A DNA stretch of 63,305 bases, counting the filler, from Folioceros fuciformis (lineage: Eukaryota), in NCBI GenBank assembly GCA_049999805.1. It is 7 parts of 7 records of this genome, joined end to end, with 100 filler letters (N's around TTAATTAATTAA, not from the genome) between each part and the next. Parts side by side here need not be neighbours in the genome. Positions count along the whole stretch, not along the records: positions 47,883 to 59,170 come from JBNGIO010004469.1; 6 more parts are not named here. The stretch is one strand, 5' to 3'. Below the pieces are notes generated by a model that was not told the DNA's origin, ran no database searches, and worked only from the letters and a program-made list of their open reading frames with translations. The position numbers and the translations under genes were made by a program. Positions 48,732 through 58,836 of this stretch are shown here, piece by piece (the first letter of the stretch is position 1; each line of letters opens with the position of its first letter).

Positions 48732-51700
48732 TCACGTTTCGTCGGGATGCCAGTGGAACCACAGTGATCGTAGGAGTGGGATAACTCCTACCAGACTCAT
48801 CTGTAACTGCTCTGTACTGATTGCAGTGATGCATAATTGCCCACTGCTTCTATTGTTCAGATTGGCTCGTACACTGAACATAGTTCTTCCCACAGGAAAA
48901 CTGGATTGGACGTTGCCGCCAATTACAAGCTGCCCACGCCAGTCCATAACCGATAGACCGAGAGTGGCCACTGTTTCATTATAAGAGAAGCCCTTACCAC
49001 GCAAGGTTGCTTCCAAACTGCCTCCGTACGCTGTATCTCCTCTCTTAGTAAAGGCACCACCATTGACCAGCAGCCTCAGCCTCTTGCCTACAGGCAGTCT
49101 GTTTTCAAGTTTCAAGCCTGCCGCAACGACATCCTCCAGGAAACTCAGTACCACACCTGCAGTGGTTTTATTCTGCTTGAAATTGCTGAAGCTTGTCTCA
49201 CTGCGTAGCGTGTATGCGACATGGTTGCCAAGAGTGTTAACATCGAGCCCCGAAAGCGTTACAGCACCCTCCCCATGCCTAAAAGAAGCTACACACTCCA
49301 TTTTGAGATGGGCCTCTTTCTTATCCTTGGCTACTTGACCTGACAACTGTCCCCGAAACTTGTTCTGCACAATGAAACCTTTCTCCACACTGACGCCATC
49401 ATATCCAGCGTCATGATCCCAGCCATGCGTATCTAAAACAGGCCTGACTAACCACTGAGAAGGAGGAGGCTCCAAGCTCCTATACCTGTATGTTGGGTTA
49501 TCTGAGTCGAAAGACGGGGGTAATACCATATCAGGGAGAGGCATAGCTACAGCCCCTGGCCTATCTCCTTCATCATCAATGGCTTCCTGTACCTGCTGCT
49601 CCGACTCTGCAGCCCTACTCTTTGTCAAACCTTTTCTTCGTCTCAGCTCCTCTCTCCACTGCTTCTTCTCAAACAGTCTCTCCCTGTCTTCCAACTCTTG
49701 GAAATAGTCCTTCCTCTGCTGCTCATCCAGCTCTGAAATCTCTTCTTTCTTCAGCCGCCGAAAGGGAGGAAGCTGATCATACTCGTCCTCCTCATCAGAG
49801 TCATCCTCAAGATCGTCATCTGAGTCCTCCTCGTTACCCCCGTGCTCATCAGGCAACCTCACTTGCTGCCCTTGCTGCAACAAAGAAGACAAAAGTACGG
49901 GCAGGGAAGGTCCCCCTTGACCTGAGCGATGTGCTGAACCATTCTCCTGCAGTAAAAGCAAAGAGTTGGCTTCGGCCAGAATCTTAGAGGCAAAGCACAG
50001 AAGCAGCAGTTGTGTCTTCCATATCTGCCCGTTGGGTAACACCTTATCACCCGTCCGATTCATCCTACATGCTGAATGGTTCTCCACGAGGGACACCGGA
50101 TGCATCAGCCGCATGTCCCTAGCAGCCTGCCTGAGTGTCTGCTGCACCACGGCTGACCTTTGACTAACAAGCATCTCATAGATAACAGGAACGCCATCAG
50201 GTCCTTCCGGAGGTGCTGATGCAGCATGAGTCAACACCACAATAGCATTGAACCAGATAGCAGGCCCAAACTTGTCAGTAATCGTACGCAACAATGGAAG
50301 ATCGCCATATCCGTAACTCGGCATATCCAGGCGATCAAAATAAAGCACAACATCGGGCGGGGCCTTTTTGATATACCGCTTCACATCCGACAAAAGCTTC
50401 TCATTCTTACGCTGGTCAGAGGCTGCAGGCAGCAGCCCAGGAGTGTCGATCACTCTCACCTTGATACCGTGCACAGACCCAACTACCTCTTGCACCTTCA
50501 AAGTTGCAGGCCCAAATGCATCGGTCCCTGTCTTGGCCTCACCGAAAATGGAATTGATGGTCGCACTCTTACCGACCCCACTCCTCCCCAGCAGCAGTAT
50601 GGTGCAGGAGAAGTCCACTTCTCCCTGGCCACCTGCCTCCTGCTCCTCGGCAATAGCTTTTGCTCGATCAAAACTGAAACCTCCGATCCCGCTTCCGCTA
50701 CGGCCTCCTCTCAGCTGCTCTGCTAATCCCAGCCTGTACAAAACCTGAGCCACCACCCTATCCTGAGCCGTTTTTCCCAGCCTGTGAACCAAGCGCAGAA
50801 ATTTGACCCTTATGGCCTGCAGCTGCTGCTCCCTACTGTCCTCCTGCAAATGACTGGCCACGCCATTCGTATGGGTATGAGCTTCAGCAGCTTGACTGGC
50901 CGGTGGCATCTCAGCTGCACCAGCTCCACCACCTCCTCGCCGAGACCTGGGAGGAGCAGGCTCCAGGGACGGCCCTGCCGCTCGAGGCTGGACCGATGAT
51001 GCAGAACCACCGGCCGATGCATCTACACCGTGCAACCTGGCAGTCGAATCCGTAGATCTCTCCGTCACACTGCCGTCCTCCTCCTCTTCCCCTCCCTCTT
51101 CCTCCTCCTCTTCTTCCTCCCCATCTCTCCCTCCGTTGCCGCCCTCCCAATCAGCGTCCTGCCTGCGAAGGATTGCCATCAGCTCCATCTCCTGCCCTGC
51201 CTGGATTTCTACGTTATTAGCTCCGTCATCAACCCCTGCTTTGCCTAAAGCAACAACACTTATCTGATCTGTTGATTCTGCTAACTCCTCCGCTGCGGTC
51301 ACATCAAACGCCTCCGATCGCGGAGCCTCCAATCCCAGCTCTCTACTCACCTCGGCCACCGACCCGTTCTCGCATCCCTCTAGCGCAGTCGTGGCCTCGG
51401 GGTCGGTCTTGCCGTCTTCCTCAGCTTCGAAAAACTCCTCCTCGTCGTTCACCAGCAGAGCTCCCGTCGGCTCCGTTCCCGTCCGGATCGTGAGAATGTC
51501 ATCTCCAGAAACTCCGAGGGCGGGCGGCACCTTGTGCCCCTGCTCCAGCTGCTGCTGCAGCCCGGGATCTGGTTCCAGGTCGGAGAAGCTGTCCTCTAGC
51601 GCACCACGCACCGGCAGGCCCGCAGCTGTGACCTTGGGATAGACCTCGTCCTCCTCCAGTTGGCCGTCCCCGTTATCCTCGGCGGATTGACCAAAAAAAT

Positions 51701-51788
51701 CGTCGTCTGGAGTGAGCTTGGCTACTGGCGTGGACAGAGGCTTGTGGCGGGTGCTGGTCTTGGGCATGGCGGCAGAAGGCGCAGCCAT
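48732..51788 (-). CDS. TOC159: TOC159-family (TOC132/TOC120-like) chloroplast outer-envelope import receptor GTPase, intronless
   Basis: Acidic A-domain, RVKFLRLVHRLG...VVAQVLYRLGLAEQL, G-domain LLGRSGVGKSATINSIFG, VIDTPGL, PVSLVENHSACR.NR.G.KVLPNGQ.WK, M-domain PDM.LPPSFDSDNP.YRYR and WDHD.GYDG. First ATG at 51788; the frame is open to 51821. Confidence 0.96.
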   Translation of the reverse strand: MAAPSAAMPKTSTRHKPLSTPVAKLTPDDDFFGQSAEDNGDGQLEEDEVYPKVTAAGLPVRGALEDSFSDLEPDPGLQQQLEQGHKVPPALGVSGDDILTIRTGTEPTGALLVNDEEEFFEAEEDGKTDPEATTALEGCENGSVAEVSRELGLEAPRSEAFDVTAAEELAESTDQISVVALGKAGVDDGANNVEIQAGQEMELMAILRRQDADWEGGNGGRDGEEEEEEEEGGEEEEDGSVTERSTDSTARLHGVDASAGGSASSVQPRAAGPSLEPAPPRSRRGGGGAGAAEMPPASQAAEAHTHTNGVASHLQEDSREQQLQAIRVKFLRLVHRLGKTAQDRVVAQVLYRLGLAEQLRGGRSGSGIGGFSFDRAKAIAEEQEAGGQGEVDFSCTILLLGRSGVGKSATINSIFGEAKTGTDAFGPATLKVQEVVGSVHGIKVRVIDTPGLLPAASDQRKNEKLLSDVKRYIKKAPPDVVLYFDRLDMPSYGYGDLPLLRTITDKFGPAIWFNAIVVLTHAASAPPEGPDGVPVIYEMLVSQRSAVVQQTLRQAARDMRLMHPVSLVENHSACRMNRTGDKVLPNGQIWKTQLLLLCFASKILAEANSLLLLQENGSAHRSGQGGPSLPVLLSSLLQQGQQVRLPDEHGGNEEDSDDDLEDDSDEEDEYDQLPPFRRLKKEEISELDEQQRKDYFQELEDRERLFEKKQWREELRRRKGLTKSRAAESEQQVQEAIDDEGDRPGAVAMPLPDMVLPPSFDSDNPTYRYRSLEPPPSQWLVRPVLDTHGWDHDAGYDGVSVEKGFIVQNKFRGQLSGQVAKDKKEAHLKMECVASFRHGEGAVTLSGLDVNTLGNHVAYTLRSETSFSNFKQNKTTAGVVLSFLEDVVAAGLKLENRLPVGKRLRLLVNGGAFTKRGDTAYGGSLEATLRGKGFSYNETVATLGLSVMDWRGQLVIGGNVQSSFPVGRTMFSVRANLNNRSSGQLCITAISTEQLQMSLVGVIPLLRSLWFHWHPDET

Positions 51789-53435
51789 CCGCCGCTCGGG
51801 GCTACCGTCAGAGATATCCACAGCGCAGGCCCAAACCTACCTGCTGTTTCACTCTGTACTGTTGGCCAACCCCTCCCTGTTCTTGGACCCGAACGGCTTC
51901 TCACTCCATGCACATGGTGGGGAAGGATGTTCCTAACACCTGAGGACGTGACATGCTTCATGCTTCTGGGATTTTTAGGCTGCAGATTTTTCTCTGCTTG
52001 CTGGGGAGCAGCTCTGTGCATGTACAGATCTGCGCACCACACCACATCCAGCCTCGGGTTTCTTCACAGGCTTTCTATTCCACAGGGGCAGGAATCTTCA
52101 CATACTGGCAGGAATCATGCGTATAGGCGGTAGCATTCCGGTGCCCAATTTCACGACAGTTGCAGATATCCCGCATTTGCTAAATTCCCCACAGTTGGAA
52201 ATACGACAGCCTTGGCAGTATGCAGGGAATGTGGCCAACTGCATTGTGGTAATTGTAAGCAGCCAAGGTAGGGAGTCATGCGCGATGTTTTGCTTCTTAA
52301 ACTCTACTGACGTTAGTGATGTGGAGTGATTGGGGAGTGGCGGAAACTCCCGCAGCATGCCGTGTGGTGTCCATGAAGATACAGCTTCATTTTGTTTGTT
52401 TTGATTCCATACAGCGAAAGTGCGTATCTCCTGTTGCATGGTAGACCTCCATCCCCCATTTGCCTCTCCCCACGTTTAAAAATGTATCTGCACCCGTCAT
52501 ACGCCTCCATCCGGCCGTAGCGCTGTTCCTCGATTCCTCATTCTTCACCCTATGGATTGGAGAGGTGGCACTTGTGCAAAATGTACGCAGACCAGCACAG
52601 AGAGGAATGCTAGCAAACTCCTTGAAATGATTTCCAGGCTCCCCAGTTTCAGCCAGGCTTTCTGTTATCACAGTCTGCCCAGGTAATAGAGTCTTCTCAA
52701 CCTTCATGTTCAATCACGACAATCTTGAAAATTGTGTCAGCTGATGTGATGTTGAACTGCTACATACCGGAACGGCATGGTCACACTTGCCTCACTTTAG
52801 TGGCCCAATGCTCCTCCTCACCATAGAAGGCTTTTTAGGGTAGAGAGCTTACTAGGGTTTCAAGACAAACAATGAAGGAAGAAGAAGCAGCGCAAGATAT
52901 GTACAAGTGGACAAGATCCAAGGGATCCCTCGATCAAGATCTTGAAACCTTACGCTTAATATTGATCCATGTAAGTAAACAAATGAATGAGAGATATTAT
53001 TAGATTAAAGAGGAGAGATGAAAGAAACTCATCCATCCGGTACCCCGAGCAATGACCCACCGACGAACCTATAACTTGGAGGGAGGAGGAGGCATAGCTC
53101 CCACAAGATTTCTTTCTCAATCGACCAATATCTTGTTGTGGGGGGAGGTAAGGCCCACCTAGAGGTGGAGTTGGTGACTACCTTGTCCCCCTAATTAATT
53201 GTAGGCATGTTGTGGAACATAGAATTTCGGGCCAGTGTCCCAATTTTGGTACAATTTGTACAAATGCAACTAGTAGAGAGAAGGTTGGTTCCTTCCTATT
53301 TGGTTTTGTTTCTACTTTCTATTTTTGTTTCTCAGNNNNNNNNNNNNNNNNNNNNNNNNNNNNNNNNNNNNNNNNNNNNNNNNNNNNNNNNNNNNNNNNN
53401 NNNNNNNNNNNNNNNNNNNNNNNNNNNNNNNNNNN

Positions 53436-53630
53436 AACAGAAGTGGTTTGGTACCGGTTCAACAGAAGTGGTTTGGTACCGGTTCAACAGAAGTGGTTTG
53501 GTACCGGTTCAACAGAAGTGGTTTGGTACCGGTTCAACAGAAGTGGTTTGGTACCGGTTCAACAGAAGTGGTTTGGTACCGGTTCAACAGAAGTGGTTTG
53601 GTACCGGTTCAACAGAAGTGGTTTGGTACC
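53436..53630. repeat. 25-bp perfect tandem repeat AACAGAAGTGGTTTGGTACCGGTTC, ~8 copies after a gap
   Basis: Identical head-to-tail units. Confidence 0.97.
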
Positions 53631-53749
53631 GAACCGGCAGGTTTGGTGAGAGGTCTGGGTAGGAGACCTGCTAAACCAGGCTGCATGCAAGAACTCCAAG
53701 TCACCAAATTGCATGCCAGCACTCTAAGTCCCCAAGTGGCATGCAAGAA

Positions 53750-53944
53750 TGTTAAACATTAGAGAATCTCACACTACTCACCAAGTTGTGCATAAAGATT
53801 GTTCAATTAATATCAACAAAAGTGTTTATATACAAAAACCCTCCAAGAGTCACGTCTTTTGGGAATAACTAAACTGCTCTTAATAAGTCTGACAGCTGCT
53901 ATCGTTTAAATGACGGGTAAACCCTAACGGGGTTTCTCCAAACA
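53750..53944 (-). repeat. Putative 3' LTR of the copia element
   Basis: Starts TGTTTGG directly after the PPT and ends TTTAACA. The distal end is uncertain because the partner LTR is absent. Confidence 0.6.
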
Positions 53945-53989
53945 CGCCCCCGTAAACGGAGCAGGCTGTCGGACTGTGGATCATGAGCA

Positions 53990-54289
53990 ATGACAGGATC
54001 ACTGTCGCAATACCTCGGGCTCTGTGCTTTCGTGATAGCTGTGTATCTGCTGTACCAACGGCGCGGCGAGGAAAGCAGAAAACAGAGAAGAAAACAGCGA
54101 AGCAACAATGAACAAGCAGACCACCACCGCCAGGCCTGGACGGCATTCGCGACAGAACAGCGCTGGCAAATCATGAACTGGGAATTTCAGCTACTCCTCT
54201 CTGTCGCGATGAGAAAGGTGGAGGCGATGGCGGCCAGCAGAGAAATAACCCTGGAAGAGCAGCTGAAGCAAGCTGCCGCCTGCAGCTGA
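53990..54289 (+). CDS. Antisense 99-aa ORF inside the copia element: N-terminal TM helix, polybasic stretch, helical tail
   Basis: ATG-initiated MTGSLSQYLGLCAFVIAVYLLYQRRGEESRKQRRKQR...MRKVEAMAASREITLEEQLKQAA, filling the interval between PPT and pol stop. Confidence 0.5.
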   Translation: MTGSLSQYLGLCAFVIAVYLLYQRRGEESRKQRRKQRSNNEQADHHRQAWTAFATEQRWQIMNWEFQLLLSVAMRKVEAMAASREITLEEQLKQAAACS

Positions 54290-54303
54290 AATAACCATCT
54301 TGA

Positions 54304-57300
54304 CTATGGTTGAGGACAGGCCTTGATACCCAGAGCTTCCATATGTAGTAAGTGCTTGTGCGCGGGTAGATACTTAGTGAGCAAATCAGCAGTGTTCAGG
54401 TCGGTTGTAACATGCTGGATGCGCACTTCGCGTTGCTCCACAGAGTGTCTAATAAAGTGGTGATGCACTTCGATGTGCTTTGTACGAGCATGAAAACGCG
54501 GGTTGGCTGTCATAGCAATTGTAGACATGTTGTCGCAATAGATAGGGGTTGGCTGCGATTGAGGAAAGCCAAGACCACCCAGAAGACAGCGTTCCCATAT
54601 GGCTTCCTTAGAGGCTTCAGTCAAAGCCTTGTACTCTGCCTCGGTTGAGGAGAGAGCCACAGAGACTTGTTTCTTCGAACTCCAGTGGACAGCTGCACCA
54701 GAGAGGACAAAGCAGTATGCGGATATGCTTCTTCGAGCATCGGGATCGGTGGCCCAGTCGGCATCAGCCCATCCAGAAACAAGGAAATCATCTGTTTTTC
54801 GCCCCCGGAAGCATAGCCCATAATGCATTGTTCCCTTTAAATATCGCAGGATTCGTTTCACGGCACCCCAGTGTTCCTTGCCCGGATTGTCGAGGAACTG
54901 TGAAACGGAACTGACCGCATACTGTATGTCGGGGTGTGTCCAACAACTTATGTAGTTCAGACACCCAACAGCATGCCGGTAGGGAACACTGGCCATAGCT
55001 GCTGTCTCAGAAGGAGTCTGGGGACACTGTGCAGATGTCAACTTCGAACCGGCCACTCCAGGAGTAGAGACTGGCTTGGCAGAATCAAGTTGAAAACGGC
55101 GAAGGGTTTCCAAGATGTACTTAGCCTGGTGGAGCACAATAGTGTGGGAAGAGAAATCGCGAACCAGCTGGACGCCAAGCACAAAGGTCAGAGGCCCGAT
55201 ATCCTTCATGTCGAATTTTTGATGAAGCATTTGCTTGACCCAAGCTAACAGGGATGGATCATTTGAGGCTAGAAGTGCATCATCGACATAAAGGGCAAGC
55301 ACCACCATGCGGCCATCCTTGGAGTAGAGGTAAACATTAGCATCACCAGGGTTCTGCAAGAAGCCGATGGACTTGAGGTAAGCGTCTATAGTCTTGTACC
55401 ACTCGCGGGCAGACTGTTTAAGGCCGTAAATTGTCTTCTTTAGTCTGCAAACCCAGTCAGGATGCTCGGGATCTACAAACCCTTCAGGCTGCTGCATGTA
55501 TATATCTTCCTCAAGCTCTCCGTAGAGGAAGGCTGTGCAGACGTCCATCTGCTGGAGATCCCATGCGTTGGCAGCAGCAAGGGCAATAATCATGCGAATG
55601 GATTGGGTCTTGACAACTGGGCTGAAAGTCTCGGTGAAATCCACGCCAGGAATTTGAGTGAAACCCCGTGCTACTAAACGGGATTTGTATCTGGCTATCT
55701 CACCATCTGCATTCAATTTGTGCTTAAAGACCCACTTGGAACTAACAACTTTGCGTCCTGCTGGCAGGGGGCAGAGTTCCCAAGTGTCATTCTTCATGAG
55801 CGAGTCATACTCGTCTTTGATTGAGGGTATCCAGAAATGCTTATCTTCACCTGTGATGGCTTCTTGATATGTACGGGGCTCAGGCTTGACAGAAGCCTGA
55901 GGAATGGACACACCAGCCCTAGGTTGACGAAAATCTATCGACTGATAGGGTGGTTCAATCCATTGAGATGGAGGCAGACGGGTCCTTCGTGGATACCTAG
56001 GCTCAGGGTCAGGTGCAGCAGGAAGAATGGCCATGGGATCACCACGGGAAGGTGCCTCCGAGCTGTTGGCCTCACCAAAATCCGACTCTGCAAGTGATTC
56101 AGCGTCATCAACCACAACGTCATGCAACTCATCTTCAGGTTCCAAATAAGGGTCCTCGTCTTGAACTGCAACACCATCCGCAGGAGGAGCAACACCCTGA
56201 ACATCAGGGTTTGGAGGTATGTTTCCAAACGCTGGTGCAACTTCAGAACCTGTAGGGTTTGGAACATCTGTGATAACTTCAGACGCTGCAGCTGGTGCAG
56301 GTTGGTGATCTTCTGTAGGCGGAACTAGCAGCTGATCATAAACTGCAGGTACATCATCTTGTGGAAAAACCGTGCAGTCTTCCAGATCAGTCATGTCAAC
56401 ATGAGTAACAGTTTCCTGGTTATGTGGCAGAGAGTCGAAATAAGGCTTGGCAGGAGAGACCAGTTCTTTGAACGTCACACTGCGAGCAAAGATGGCTGCC
56501 TTGGTAAGTGTGTCGTATAGCTTATATGCCTTTGCCTCTTCCCCATAGCCAACAAAAATCGTAGGCTTAGCCCTATCATCCAGCTTCTTGCGCTTCTCTT
56601 CAAGAACATACACATAGGCAGGAGATCCGAAAACTCGAAGATGGAGAAGACTTGGTTTTCTGCGCCAGATAATTTCGAAGGGAGTCTTGCCTTCAACTGC
56701 ACTTGTTAGAATACGGTTCAAGATGTAAGTTGCCGTCACCACTGCCTCCGCCCAAAAAACCTTGCTTAAACCAGACCATTCTAACATGCTCCTTGTCATC
56801 CCTAACAGAGTTTGATTCCTTCTCTCAGCGACGCCGTTCTGCTGCTGAGTGTAAGGAACTATGAGCTGCCGCACAATTCCGTTGTCGAGAAGAAACTGGG
56901 TAAAGTGAGCATGGACAAACTCTGTCCCGTTATCTGTACGGAGACATTTCAAGAGCAAGCCGGTTTGCCGTTGAGTCATGGCCAACCACTCCTGGAAGAC
57001 ACTAAATGTGTCGGACTTCAGCCTAAGTGGGTAAGTCCAGGAGTACCTACTATAATCATCTGTGAGTGTTAAGTAGTATCTTGCTCCCCCTAAACTGGGA
57101 ATGTGGATTTTGCCAGAAATGTCTGCATGAACGAGATCAAGGACTTGAGATGCACGGTGGGCAATGGTTCTAGGAAAAGGGACTTCTTTCTGCTTGGCTA
57201 TCACACAAGCATCACACAGGGGTAAGTCCTTAAAACACTTAGGCAGAGGCTCTCGGTAACATGTGAGGTTGGACATTTTTATCAGTTTGGCCCGATTAGC

Positions 57301-58836
57301 ATGACCTAGTCTAGCATGCCATAAACTAGCCTCTGCAGCTTGAGACAGTTGTGCAACATGTGCCATGCCCTCAGGTAAACATGTCAAGTTGAGTTGATAC
57401 AAGTCATGCACTAAAATACCAGTGGCTACGACCTTTCTATCTCCCCCTCGCTTTGTAAGCTGACAGCTAGACGAAGTGAACAAAAGGTCGTAGAGCCGTA
57501 GAGACATTAACTGGCTGACTGATATCAAATTCTTAGCCATGTGAGGGACATGCAGCACGTTTTCTAGGTGCAGGAGAGAGCCATCATTCAAGCGAAACAC
57601 GCAGGTACCATGTCCTTGGATGCTCAGACCTGTACGAGTCACTTCATCACCCAACAAAACCTTGTTAGTGGTAGTGGACGATCTATAATGACGGAACATG
57701 GACTTGTCATTACAGATGTGAGACGTGGCCCCCGAGTCCAGGTACCATGTGTGTGAGGAAGGACGAAACGCAGACGAAGCGAAGCAAACCGTCATTACTA
57801 CAGGTTGCTTGTGAGGTGTCGAAGTGGAAGGACGGTCCTTGGTGGCAGCAACATGTGCTTCAGCCTGTCGGGTAGGCTTCTCAGCTTTGCGTGCCTCACC
57901 AGCTTTCTTTTTCCGACATTCTCTTTCCCAGTGGCCCTGGATACCGCACCAGTTGCAAGTTCCAGTCCGTTTTGTGGAGCCAGGTTTAGAAGCTGCTCCA
58001 GGGAAAGGTCTTTGTTTGGCAGGTTTGCCTTTGGTGAACAAAACCTTATCAGTTTTTGTCTTGCCACCATGGTAAGTAGACGTGAGCCTGCTTTGTTCCT
58101 CTTGAAGCAAAGCTCCTATCACGTCTGCGAGATTTATATTTGTGGGTTGTCCTGCAGCTCGTGCAGCATCAGCAGCTCGGACAGTGGCTCCATAGCTGGA
58201 AACGAATGTTTGATAGCTTGGAGGCAGACTTGTCAGCAGCTGGCTAACGGCATCAAGCTCAGGGAACTGTGAACCAAGGTTGATTAATTGAGCTCGCAGT
58301 TGTCTGAAGCGAATGACAAAAGGAGAAACCTTGTCGCCTTCCTTAAGACGTAAGGAAAACAGTTCGCCCCGAACAGCACACATGGTAAGAATGTTCTTAG
58401 CCTCATATGTTTGTGTAAGAAGAGTCCAGATCTCTTCAGCCTTGGTGAGAAAAGCAACATCGGCGAGGAGGGATTCGTCCAGCCCGCTGATTAAGACGGC
58501 GCGTGCGACGTAATTCAGGTTCGCCCACTTGTCCTTTTCGTCTTGTGTAGCAGATGATGCTGGTTCTTTGAGCGTGCCAGTAACAACTCCCCAAACGTGT
58601 CGCGCTTGCAGGGCAGCTGTCATGCGCACCTTCCAGCCTTCGAATTTCAAGCCATTAAACCTGTCCCTCTCCTTGAATTCAACAGAATAAGAAGGCTGAG
58701 GTATGACANNNNNNNNNNNNNNNNNNNNNNNNNNNNNNNNNNNNNNNNNNNNNNNNNNNNNNNNNNNNNNNNNNNNNNNNNNNNNNNNNNNNNNNNNNNN
58801 NNNNNNNNCGCTTCCCCCTGTGCTTCCAGTTGCCAT
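54304..58836 (-). CDS. Copia Gag-Pol polyprotein (gag, zinc knuckle, protease, integrase, RT, RNase H)
   Basis: CNWCGIQGHWEREC; WYLDSGATSH; LWHARLGH/CDAC; LRTDNGTEF...QQNGVAERRN; YKSRLVARGF; QMDVCTAFLYG; LYVDD; WADADWA...IYCDN..TKHIEV. Domain order INT-RT-RH is copia. No stops apart from the 100-N gap. Confidence 0.97.
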   Translation of the reverse strand: MATGSTGGSXXXXXXXXXXXXXXXXXXXXXXXXXXXXXXXXXXVIPQPSYSVEFKERDRFNGLKFEGWKVRMTAALQARHVWGVVTGTLKEPASSATQDEKDKWANLNYVARAVLISGLDESLLADVAFLTKAEEIWTLLTQTYEAKNILTMCAVRGELFSLRLKEGDKVSPFVIRFRQLRAQLINLGSQFPELDAVSQLLTSLPPSYQTFVSSYGATVRAADAARAAGQPTNINLADVIGALLQEEQSRLTSTYHGGKTKTDKVLFTKGKPAKQRPFPGAASKPGSTKRTGTCNWCGIQGHWERECRKKKAGEARKAEKPTRQAEAHVAATKDRPSTSTPHKQPVVMTVCFASSAFRPSSHTWYLDSGATSHICNDKSMFRHYRSSTTTNKVLLGDEVTRTGLSIQGHGTCVFRLNDGSLLHLENVLHVPHMAKNLISVSQLMSLRLYDLLFTSSSCQLTKRGGDRKVVATGILVHDLYQLNLTCLPEGMAHVAQLSQAAEASLWHARLGHANRAKLIKMSNLTCYREPLPKCFKDLPLCDACVIAKQKEVPFPRTIAHRASQVLDLVHADISGKIHIPSLGGARYYLTLTDDYSRYSWTYPLRLKSDTFSVFQEWLAMTQRQTGLLLKCLRTDNGTEFVHAHFTQFLLDNGIVRQLIVPYTQQQNGVAERRNQTLLGMTRSMLEWSGLSKVFWAEAVVTATYILNRILTSAVEGKTPFEIIWRRKPSLLHLRVFGSPAYVYVLEEKRKKLDDRAKPTIFVGYGEEAKAYKLYDTLTKAAIFARSVTFKELVSPAKPYFDSLPHNQETVTHVDMTDLEDCTVFPQDDVPAVYDQLLVPPTEDHQPAPAAASEVITDVPNPTGSEVAPAFGNIPPNPDVQGVAPPADGVAVQDEDPYLEPEDELHDVVVDDAESLAESDFGEANSSEAPSRGDPMAILPAAPDPEPRYPRRTRLPPSQWIEPPYQSIDFRQPRAGVSIPQASVKPEPRTYQEAITGEDKHFWIPSIKDEYDSLMKNDTWELCPLPAGRKVVSSKWVFKHKLNADGEIARYKSRLVARGFTQIPGVDFTETFSPVVKTQSIRMIIALAAANAWDLQQMDVCTAFLYGELEEDIYMQQPEGFVDPEHPDWVCRLKKTIYGLKQSAREWYKTIDAYLKSIGFLQNPGDANVYLYSKDGRMVVLALYVDDALLASNDPSLLAWVKQMLHQKFDMKDIGPLTFVLGVQLVRDFSSHTIVLHQAKYILETLRRFQLDSAKPVSTPGVAGSKLTSAQCPQTPSETAAMASVPYRHAVGCLNYISCWTHPDIQYAVSSVSQFLDNPGKEHWGAVKRILRYLKGTMHYGLCFRGRKTDDFLVSGWADADWATDPDARRSISAYCFVLSGAAVHWSSKKQVSVALSSTEAEYKALTEASKEAIWERCLLGGLGFPQSQPTPIYCDNMSTIAMTANPRFHARTKHIEVHHHFIRHSVEQREVRIQHVTTDLNTADLLTKYLPAHKHLLHMEALGIKACPQP

